Below are positions 36,101-46,724 of a DNA stretch of 64,000 bases, piece after piece. A model generated the notes under the pieces. It was not told the origin of the DNA. It did not search any database and saw only the letters and a list, made by a program, of their open reading frames with translations. The translations under genes were made by a program, and so were the position numbers. Every line of letters begins with the position of its first letter. The stretch's first letter is position 1. Source of the stretch: Spirogloea muscicola. Its lineage: Eukaryota. The stretch spans positions 795,977 to 859,976 of the forward strand of contig WELB01000023.1 in NCBI GenBank assembly GCA_009602725.1, read 5' to 3'.

Positions 36101-39100
36101 GCAGGTGCAAAGATGTGTGCTTCTGTGACTCTCATCTGACAGCTTGTGTGTTGATGATGGTGCAGGTCGTATGCATCCAGCCTCACACATTGTTGACAAA
36201 CAGGCTTGGAAGGCGCATGCATCTCCAGCAGGCCAACAAAGGAGCACATGCCCAAGTCCTACAGCCTGGGGATCTAGCCAAGCCCTTCCTTTGGCCCTCC
36301 ATTTGTGAGCCGGAACTTCTGCAGGTCCTTCTCAAGCCCAAGCCCTCCTGGCTTCCCCTGCCACACGTACTGGTGCAGTGGCTGATGAGTACTGAGATAT
36401 GCTTTCAAGGCCGACAATGGCATACAGATTCATGTGGATGACTATGAATGGAGCAAGCCTTTTCGCACTGATGTGGAAGGCATCATGCACATCTACATGA
36501 AGAGCAATAGATCAGATTGCACACAGCACTTGATAGTGCGCGCCGAGGTGCGGAACGGAGTCGACAGTTCCCGTTTTCTTGTTGTCCTTCGACGGCCGTC
36601 CTCATCTGGACCCTATAGGTATGATGAAGTCGTGAGTTAGGTACATTCACTTCAGCCATACGGCAGGCTTGTCAATTCACTAGCACAATAGCATTGTCTG
36701 CGCCAGCCCCTGCTGGGTTGACATTTGTTGCTGGGCAGAGGCTTCAAGGGTTGTTTGCTTTGCAAGGGTTTCGAAGCTGAGGATGCAGTGTGAAAGGATG
36801 CAACGCAGTGGCAGACAATATGCTTGGTTGCTACTTGGCCGTGCAATAATAGAGAAGTGGCCAAATGGTTGGCGCATGCATCCGGCATTGTCAGCTGCAC
36901 TGGAGTTCTTGCTCAAGGCGCTTCTCAAGACCAAGCATGCCCAGCAAACACCTATGTGGCACTGGTATTCAAGCTTCTCGTTTGGCCGGTGCTTGTGGCC
37001 AGGATTGAGAACAGGACAGCAATGCTGCCCTTGAAAATGCGACAGGCTGGCCCGAGGGACAGTACCTGGCTGCTGCTGCAGCCAGGGAGCAGCGCTTCAT
37101 TTGCATGGGAAGCTCTGGAGTCCTCCCAGTTGCTGGAGGTGTTGGTGAAAGGTGCATCAGCAGACAGTGCCAGCACCTTCAGCATCAATGACCCCGGGGA
37201 CCACAAGCCAGCGGTCACCTCATCAGGCGCTGTAGCAGCAATTCACGTGCTTGTTGCTCAGGAGCTTCTGGGTTTCACCGTTGCATGCATCTGTGACTGG
37301 CATCCTGGTGACGCTTTGGAAGGGGCACTTGCACTGACCTCGTCTTCACAGGAGGAAGTATCTGCTTCCACCAGAATGCGGCAGCAGGCTGAGGCAGCTG
37401 CAGACGGAGGCAGCAAGAACCAGTTCCACATCCAGCTCCATCTTGAGGATATTGGCCTGTCAGTTGTCAACCACACGCCTCAGGAGCTGCTCTACGTGTC
37501 CATGCAGACAGCCATTTTCTCCTACTCGACTGGACTTGGGTCTGGCATCAGCAGGTGCTTAGCCTGCTAAGATGTGCAGACTGCATGTTGAACTGATGCT
37601 AGCCTCAGGTGTACTTGTCTTACTCTCCTATCTGGCAACCAGGGTCTGATACGTTGCAAGTCTGCTTTCAATGGTGCCTCCTGCCTCCTGGTTAGACAAT
37701 GACTGGCAATCTTTGCCTGCCACTTATGCCATTCTCACCTGGGTGTGCCATTCACAACTGGGTTGCGGACGCACTGCAGGCTCAAACTGCGCATTGGACA
37801 CATTTAAGTAGACAACCAGCTAGCATCCACACCGATGCCAGTACTCTTGGCACCAACGAGTCCTGCAATGAAAAGGCCAGACTTTGTCATTAAAATTGTT
37901 GTTGCCATACAGGACACTGGAGCAGTTGACGAGCAGAGCTTTCCATATATCAGTCTTCAGGTGATTTGTCTCAGCTGGACATGCATCTCAGCAGATTGTA
38001 CAAGAGAGGCTGCTGCATTGCGCATACTGTTGTAAGTCCAATGGGTTTTACTGCATATAGTCTTACCTTCTCAAAATTATTGCAAGAAGCGCTATGTTGC
38101 CTGATTGTTAAGCTACTCATCATATGGCCAGTTTATGTAGCGCCGAAATTATGTATGTTGCTACTTTGGAAGCTTGCATCAGCTGAACCTTACGAGCCTG
38201 TTGTCCTTGTAGCTCTCTCCTTTGAAGCTGCTTGGTGCAGGAACTCTTTGCTTGCCAAACTGACACTGCTGATGCCATGCAGTTGCCGAGCGAAGCGTGG
38301 TTGTTAAGTATCCATGAGCCGAACATATGGCGGCTTCATGATCTTATGCGTCACCTAGACTTTTCCCGCCTGACTTCACACGAGGAAGAGACGACTGCTG
38401 TGGCAGTGGATCCCCATGTCCGGATTGGGTATGCTTTCAGTCAACAACTGCACAGGCTTATATTGCAGGGTATTTTCCCACCTTCATGCAGTGACCAATA
38501 TGAATTTTGGCATATTCTCAGGTTGCTGAATCTATCAGAAGGACTGCTCAAGGTGACATCATCGGTGGCCCCATCTCAACGGCCACGGGATGTGCTTGGT
38601 GTCTACTCAACCCTTATTACCTCCTTGGGAAACACCGATGAGATGCCGGTAAGAACCCGATGCGATGAATGCAGTGATAGTCACCGGTGCAACTCCATCA
38701 ATTGCTCTGATGTACACTCTTTGCAAGCTGTCTTTCAAAGATTTCCGAGATTCTTACTCTCACACATCCTGTCCAGATACGAATAACGCAACGTACGGTG
38801 GAGAATGCGTACGTGCGAAAGAGCCAGATGCTGACTTGTGCCCTGGAAAGTGTCCGCAACGACCTGCTGAGTCAGCCATTCCAGCTCCTATCGGGGGTTG
38901 ACATTCTGGGCAATGCCAGCAGCACCCTCAGCCACATGAGCAAGGGCATGGCGGCACTGTCAATGGACAAGCAGTTCATCCGCAGCCGTCAGCACCAGGT
39001 ATTGGCTCATTTCAGAGGGCCCTCCTAGACGTATGTGGACTTCAACGAGGTGAGGTGGGGAGCCATGTCCTGGTCATGCATTTGTGTAAAGCCTGAGGAC

Positions 39101-41294
39101 AGCTCTCAGGTTCTTTCAGCATCTTTCTCCAGGAGAGCAAGGCCACGGTGGAGGGCCTGGGCGATGGCTTGCGCGAGGGGGGAGAGGCCCTGGCCAAGGG
39201 CCTGTTCAGGGGGGTCACGGGCATCCTGACAAAGCCGTTGGAGGGTGCCAAGAGCCGGGGCGTGGTAGGGTTTGTGACTGGCGTGGGGAAAGGCGTCATT
39301 GGAGCTGCAGCACAGCCCGCTTCCGGCGTGCTTGACCTGCTCTCCAAGACCACCAATGGCATGAATGCTAGCCGCCTCCGCTTGGCAGCTGCAATCACAT
39401 ACGAGGAGGAGCTGTCGCGGCGGCGCTTGCCTCGCGCCATCGCTGGGGACAATGTGCTGCGCCCATACGATGACTACAAGGCCCGCGGCCAAGTGCGTCC
39501 CCTCTCGGATGCTGGCTTCCTCCCGCTGTTGTCCTGCTGATTGACCTGAGTGCTTGTCATCAATGCATGACATGCTTCATGGCAGCCTCCTTGCACGTCA
39601 ACTCAACTATCTGCCTGGCCACAGTCTTGTGTACTTGTCACTATGCAGCTCCGCCATGCTTGAGCTTTAGTGCCTGCAGTTGCCTCAGTGGGGCACTGCT
39701 GTCTCAATCACTGATACAAGGGGTGCGCGGGTTGCAGATCATTCTTCAACTGGCCAAGCGTGGGATTTTTGGGGACATCGATCTGTTTCGCAAGCGGGGG
39801 AAGTTTGCAGTCACTGATGCCTATGAGGATCACTTCAACCTGCCAAAGGGTCACAGTCTCATGCTCACAGATCGCCGTGTCATGATGCTGCAGGTAAGCT
39901 CCTTGCACTCCAGATGTAGCTGCGGCTGCTGAAGGCCTGGCTGGAAGATGAAGTGCTGACACATCTTGTCCTTGCTCTGCAGCACCCGAGCGGCATGGTT
40001 GTGGCCAAAAATGCAGACATTCTGAAAAAGCCTTGCACCATTGTGTGGAACATAGCGTGGAAAGACTTGATGACAGTGGAGCTGGTGCATGGCAAGGATG
40101 ACCCGCCAGAGTCCCCCCCGACGCGCCTGCTTCTCCACCTGCGAGACTGGTCCCAGGATACACGCATCTTCGATGCCAAGGTGATTGTGCGGCTGGTCAA
40201 GTGCCACCCCGGCACAAACCAGGCGATGGTTGTCAAGGATGCGATCCGGCAGGCCATGCAAGTCTATGGTAAAGACAGATCTTCGTCGGCAGCCTAGGTA
40301 AGCATCATAATGGCGGCCCTGTTTTGCCTGCGGGCTGTTGCATATCTTAGTTGTGCCTGTGTCTAAGTCTTGCAAGTGCTTGCCCCTTAACTCTACAAGC
40401 GCTAAACTTTGTATCTGGCCGCTTTTGGCCCTCTGTCACTTACTGTGTCCTCTGCAGCTCATCCAATTTTGTGACAGGTGAGACCGCGTACTGACTGGAA
40501 ATTGAGCTCCCCGTCTGCGCCTTGTGTTAATGTGCAATCACTCCAACTGCATGGACTTAGCTGGCTTTCGCAGCTGCCCTTGTATATCAGCAGCTTCTAC
40601 CACAGCTTCTACCCCCTACTCTCGTCCAGAGCCTCATGAGCAGAGGGGCTGCCTGAGCTGTTGGCATAGAGATTGTTGCCACCAACATTGTTGCCACCAT
40701 GGAGACGACGGCCTTGTGGCTGCTGCTTCGCAACCAGCCCATCAAGATCCCTATCTCTAGTGTCCATGATGTCTCTCCATTCCTTATGCAAGATGATATG
40801 CAACTTCTGCAGTCTGGCCCATGTTGTCTAGCCAATAGCCAAAATAGCTCATATATGAAGCAGCATCCAAGATCAAGCTTACTGCCTTGCTCAGCTGCGC
40901 TGCAATGCAACAGCCGCGGGGATCGTTGGGCTGGCGCTCTGCATGGAAGCATCCTCACAACCATCGCCCGTTTTGCTGTTGCTCGTTCTTCTGCTGCAAG
41001 GATGCAACTTGCCTATGGCGGTTGTCAGAAAACAGATTGGCTAGCACGAAGCATCAACTTCCCACACCTTAAAGCGATAGAATCAGCAACTCGGTGGAAC
41101 AGAGTTGGGACGCTTGCTCATCGTTAAAAGGAGCTCTTCAGTACAGCTCTTCTAGAGCTCAGGTCCAGGCTTCTGGTCATCGCTCATCTGAGGCTCTGGC
41201 GATGGAGACGCGGCTCTCCTTGAAGGAGTGCTGCGCTCCCCCTTGCCCATTGCGGCGATGGCAGCAGGCCCTCTGGAAGCAGGCCGGCAGCAAA

Positions 41295-43070
41295 ATGAAG
41301 AAGAAGCTCTGGCAAAGGGGGCAATGGCTTTGCTAGGCCAGCCAAAATGAGTTAGCCCAAAGAGGCCAATGGCTGTTGAAGGCCAGCCCAAGATATAGTT
41401 GGGGCACACTTGACAATCTTTGAAGGGGCCCTAAAGAGCAATGACCACACAGCTAAACGAATGGCTACAAAAGATTAGGTGCTCAATAAGCCCTTGTCAA
41501 CAATCGCAAGTCAGAGTAGCTAGCAGCCGGATATATGTCACCGCGTCGACAAGTAGAAGCAGCAGCCACAATGCAGCCTGCCCACAGATGCACGGCAAAT
41601 GCCAGAGCCCTGGACTGAGAGACGGACTAGAACACCCGAGCAAATGACTCGGCAGCATTGAAGTGGCGCTCCAGACTCTTGAAGCTCTTTTGCACATCAA
41701 TCCACCAAGACCAAATAGTCTGGGTGCGAGTCCAAGGTCGCCTTGGACCCCGTGGCCCACAGCTTTACCGCCGCTTCTCAACCCAGCGCCATACTGGTGG
41801 GGTGCAAGGTGGGCCTGCGCTTGCCCCACATGTTGCTGCCACAGCGTGCGCGCCACCAGGTGATACAGTAAAATAGGACGGACTCCGCCATTGGTCTTTT
41901 TGGTGACGAGCAGGGTGGTAGAGCAGAGTACCATGCATATGGCTGCAGGCACCTTGTCATGCCCCACGAGCTGACACATGTGAAGCAGCGCCTGGATCCT
42001 GAGTCCTCTCCCTTCAAGGAAAGCTCTTGCAGATGCAGATGCTCCATAAGCATGTGGGAGGGGCCGCCTGCTGCTGCGCGCCCTGCTACTGTGGAGTACC
42101 CTGCGGAGGGCAGCAGCGTCGAGGACCGCCTCCTCTTGCCGCTCAAAGGAGGGCAGCCAGGGGGGAAAGGATGCGCGTGCCTGGGAGTGGAGGGCTTCCA
42201 GGGCTTGTGGCTGCAGACTTTGAAGGCGCCATCAAAGAGTCATCCAGTACTTTGCACAGCCTGCAAGAGCTAGCCGGCGTGCCCAAAGCGAAGAGCAAGC
42301 CGGATAGCTGCTGCCCTGTCGGGCTCTTGATGTCGCATGCGAGGCACGACAACTGCTGCAGCCGCTGCCACTGTGGCGTCGTCCTGCCTCAGACATTCTT
42401 GACGCCTGCTCCCAAAGAGGTGGATGAAGGGGCTGGCGGCCCTGGCTGCGGCCCTCATGGGGCACGCGTCCCAGCAGCAGGCGTGGGAAGAGGATGAAAT
42501 TGTCAAAGGCGGCCTGCTCACGGTGATCACTTACGATACGTTGCATCACGGGGCGGAGGGCGCTTCAAAGATGCGGGGGCGCGCCTGATAGGGAACATGG
42601 CGCAGGAGGGGAGCGCTGCCTGTCTGTGGACGGCGGCCAGGTCGATGTCCACGGCTCACTGCCAGTGGTGGCGGCCGGGCTGCGCTGGCATCGGTGGGAC
42701 TGTCCTCCCTTGCCAAGGCTGACACCTGCTGATGCTGCATGCTGCGCCTGCTCCGCTGGGTTATCGCATATATCACACCTATCGCACCTTGCACCCGTAA
42801 GTCGCCCACATTGCTTCACCAGTTTTTCCACCTGGTGCATTTCTCACGTGCTTCCCTTGCTCTCCTCCAGATTAAAATCCGTGCAAGGCTGCCTTGGAGC
42901 AAAGTGATCTTCAACATGCTAGACCGATACGTGGCCTCCAAGTGGTGGAGCTTGCTCTTGGTCGACCGACTGCCTCAAAGAGAACAACTAATTGAAGGTC
43001 ACGATGCAGCAATGGCCAACTCTGTGCGCCAGTGTGCACTGCATCCGGCATATGCAAGACAGTACAAGTA
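41295..43070 (-). mobile_element. Old, internally deleted CRE-like retrotransposon (N-terminal region and start of RT joined to the 3' end)
   Basis: Degenerate QAAFDNFILFPRLLL and KKTNGGVRPILLYHLVARTL...HLAPHQYGAG (RT N-terminal motifs), then PAASYSDLRLLTRAY* at ~41485 and an A-like tail ending CTTCTTCTTC. The 5' limit is approximate. Confidence 0.78.
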
Positions 43071-43283
43071 AGCAAAAAGCCTGCAAAATTTGGACAAGGA
43101 TGTATGCTGCACGTCTCACGTCTCATTCCTGCACAGAATGCATTCTTTGAGTGCGAGAACACTGTGCCAAGAGACCTGCCATAAGCTCCGCAGGGAAGAC
43201 AGTGGTATTCTGTTGATCCGGACAGCTGTGGGGGTCTTGAGCTCTTGGCAAGGAAGTGTCTGGTTCAGCTGATACGTTTTGAT

Positions 43284-44902
43284 TCACATGTTGGCTTTTC
43301 TCTCCCACCGCTGTTTAATACCTTGCCTGCACATGTGAAGACTTGCCAGGCATGACACAGATGTTCTCACCATCAACCCAAAGAGATCAAAGAGCACAAC
43401 TGCGTGATCTACGAGCTTGCACTTGCACAGCAGCAGTGAAGCTGTGTAGATTATGTGCCCATCAATGTGACATGCTTTTGAGAAGGTTTGGTTGACATCC
43501 TCACCTCCACTGCAACTTTTGCCTTTTCCGCGCAACTGCAATGTGTTTGTCATCCTGTTTGTGTACGCACAGAAATTAGGAATGGCGGGACAGCGCGTCA
43601 CGTTCTCAAGTAGTCATAGGCTCGCATGCATCACATCAACAGCAGCTTGTTTGCCAGCAGCTTAATCTTGTGTCTTAGGCCTTACACTTGCAGCTCTCCA
43701 AGACAACAGGAGAAACTACTCTTAGTGCTCAAGTTGTCTGACAGAAAACAGAAGACATCGCAAGTCGTCCCACCGACTGCTGCTAACTTAGGCAGATTGA
43801 GCAAAAGAAGTGGATGGAGCACAAGGATATTCTGAGATGGAAACTGACCTGTATAAGACGGCCAGACAGCTGCTGCACTGCGTTCTGCACACGTGCATCA
43901 GAGGACTCCTCCCCAAGCTCCTCACTCAGCTTGTGAGCATGATCATAGTCCCTGTTGATGATTGCTAGTTGCAGCCGCTCTTCCAGTTCCAACTGCAACA
44001 AGTTGGCAACCACATTATTGCTTCCAATTACCTGAATGGTTATTTGTAAGAAGTGGAAATGAGCTATTACAAGAGCATGGCTATAAGGTTGTAAGAAGCT
44101 TTCGGGTTACATTCACCTGTTTTGGAAGGGAGCCATGCGAGATGCCACAAAACCTCTGCTGAGACTTTACTTCTTGCAGCACTGCCAATCTGCTGTCTTC
44201 GTTCCTGGAGGATGTAGTTGTTGGCGCATCTGTCGTCAGACCCAACTCTTGTCTCGATATTTTCGGACGACCTGAAAGAAGCCCGCCCGGAAGTTCCAGC
44301 CATGCAGGACACAGTGCCACTTCATGTTGGTCAATTGCCATACTCCTGCCTACTTACTGTGTACTGAGTTACACGCAGTGAGCAAGGAGTCTGGCTTTAC
44401 ATTGCTGATGGGCTTAGAGAAGAAGTGAGACTCCAAGCAAGCCGAAGGGAGGGCAGCCTGCATAGAAATTGATCAGGGGCGTGGGTAGTCGAGTTACATG
44501 GAAATGGGCCAACCTCTTCCGTAGCTTGAACTTTTCTTCGGCTGGCCCTGCGCTAGCTGGAGACGGCGGGCACGGAGTTCCTGCGGCGCAGCACCGACAG
44601 AACCACAGCGTTAAACTATGGCAAGTGCGTGCAAATAGGGACTCATTTTCGTATCCCTTTCGCCAGCTGACAAAGCAATCGCGGCAGCAAGCCTGGCGCA
44701 CGTAGCGGCCGGTGCAGACCCGCAGCTTGGCGAGCTGGTCGGGCCTGACGGCGGCCGCTGGCGCGACGTCGTCCAGCGCCGCCACTCCGGCGGCGGCTGT
44801 GGTCGCTGGGGGGGGCTGCTCTATCAGGCCCGTGGCGGGAGGGACGGCCACCCACTGGCGCCTTGCCAAACCGCCGCCGCCGGTGCAACGGCCGGCCGCC
44901 AT
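43284..44902 (-). CDS. FAM204A: FAM204A-like protein
   Basis: Spliced exons give DQLAKLR|ELRARRLQL..., LEERLQLAIINRDYDHAHKLSEEL... and ARKRQKLQWR|QGIKQRWERKANM*, matching the FAM204A C-terminal pattern KL.W....K.RWE.K.NM. Confidence 0.75.
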
Positions 44903-45039
44903 GGAGCTGCCGCAGAAGCTACGAGGCTGTCGTCGAAGAGCTGCATTGGACAATCGTTCTCGTATGACTCCACACGTTCCCAGCCACCAGTCAATTCGGC
45001 CGCGCTTTTCTCACACGTTGCGAGAAGACAGTTGTTGGC

Positions 45040-46510
45040 AGAAGGAATCTTCGTGTATTTGAAACAAACGAAGGCCAAATGAAGGGGGCGATGGCTGAAA
45101 AGCCAGCCGCCAACGGGAACTAGGTCCGACGAAGCAATGTTGTCTACAGCTTGTCCACCTTTTGTGCCGGCCATTCGTTGGATACTTACCGTATGAGATT
45201 GTCTGTATCCCTTCAGCGGTCCATGGCCCACGCTCTGCATCTGCGTGCTGGCCGTGCTCTCGCTGCGGCCTCCGGCTTCGTCGGGGGGATAGTTTTCCGG
45301 CAGCTAGTCTGTCGGATCTGCGGCTCCTCACTCGTAAATACTGAGTGATCCATCCTCCCCCTGATCTGACATAGCATCTTCCGACCCCTTTCACGATGAA
45401 GAAGAAGGGCTCGCCCATTGAGGATAGGGGCTGGGAAAGCCAGCCCAAAAAGAATGAACAAAGTACGAGAAGGGGGGCCAGAAGAAAGGGCTCGCCCATA
45501 GAGAAGAGGGGCTGGCAAAGCCAGCCTTAAAAAAAGAATGGACAATGTCCAAAGCCAAAGAAAGAGATGCCAAAGAAGACTACTCTACCTGGAGGAAACG
45601 CTAAGAAAACAAAGCACACAAAGAAAGAAAGCGCAAATCACACAGTAACCCCTGCTAAGCAGCCGCAAATCAGAGAGGCTAGGGTCCTGAAAATGGGTCC
45701 CCTGGCCAGAGCCAGAGGCAGCAGCAAGTTCTCGATGGGCCCCCATTGGTGCTGAGCAGAGAAAGCTCCGACACTACTCTGACTACCCCCGCAGCGACCA
45801 CCTTCTCCCGGCCGCAATCGACACGTTCGGCTGCTTGGGTCCTCGCTTCCATACCCTACTTGGGAACATAGCGAGTCTGGGATATGCACGTCGCGAGGAT
45901 ATGCTTCCAGCCCAGATGGGTATGCCGGCAGCCTATCTGTCATGTTTGCGACGTCGAGTGTCAGCTTGCCTGCAGCGAGCTCAGGCTCATGCGTTGCATC
46001 AGAAAGCTGGTCGAGCCTTGGCTGGTAGTTCAAGAGCTTGTCGATTGCCGTCCGGTATTCGAGCATCAGTTAGCGTCTATGTGCTGACTCGTGCTTACTT
46101 AGCGGGTCAGCTTAGCAGCAGGTGACGTTCATTCGTCAATGTGCTTGCCTTTGTACTTGGCCACACATGGCCTCCCCATCTCTTAATACACACGTCCTTT
46201 CATTGGGAGTGCCACTTCGAGAGAGAGGGGGCTCGCCCATTGAGGATAGGGGCTGGAAAGGCCAGCCCAAAAAAGAATGAACGAAGTACGAGAAGGGGGA
46301 GGGCCAGAGGAAGCGCTAAGAAAACAAAGCACACTGATACTGAGCTACCGAAGAAGAGAGAGAGAGAGAAGGCGCGCGGTGCGCATGAAATTGAAAGGGA
46401 GGCTTGTTCAAGCCAATACATTATTCAAGCAGAGGCTAGTGCAAACTAAACAAGGCTACATGATGCGGAGACCTAAACTAAGGTGCCTAAGGTGACACTA
46501 GTATCCACGG
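45040..46510. mobile_element. Nested CRE-like 3' fragments filling the spacer between divergent FAM204A-like and APT-like genes
   Basis: YRMRLSVSLQRSMAHALHLRAG...LTRKY* at 45170-45344. Type-B tails at 45405-45560. Family-D fragment 45750-46200 between CATTGG repeats (45744, 46201). Type C at 46355-46503 (-), following SRGY*. Confidence 0.85.
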
Positions 46511-46724
46511 GAGAGCACAAACAAATCTGGCCAAGGGCCGAAGGGGCCGGCGAGCAAGTTGCTGACGAGGATGGCTCGCCGCGGCTCAACACACCATCAA
46601 AAGAGCAACCGCAATGCCTTCAAATAAGCGAAGGCGCACAGCGCCAGTCGCCTAGCCCCCCGGGCGTGACGGAGGCTGGTCCAAGAGCGCCCCGCCCGCC
46701 GAGGCACCCGGACCTCGCCAGGCC

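Larger units (their letters stand above)
18685..40297 (+). pseudogene. VPS13: Plant-type multidomain VPS13 (VPS13M-like) lipid-transfer gene, multi-exon, with inactivating lesions
   Basis: Chorein-N (MLKGH|VLSLLRRYLGEYVRGLSIDALEVSLWEG|KVTLNNLQLK...|VPWSRLG; SWLGSLIATVVGNLKISITNVHIRYED). Internal PH (~24480-25100), Vps62-like repeats (WRPQAPAGYSILGDC), C2-like segment, EEVFENQRYQP motif, SHR-BD/VAB, ATG_C (GLFRGVTGILTKPLEGAK) and C-terminal PH-like region. In-frame TAA at 28293 and frameshifts at ~29530, ~30965, ~32196 and ~33706. Confidence 0.88.
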
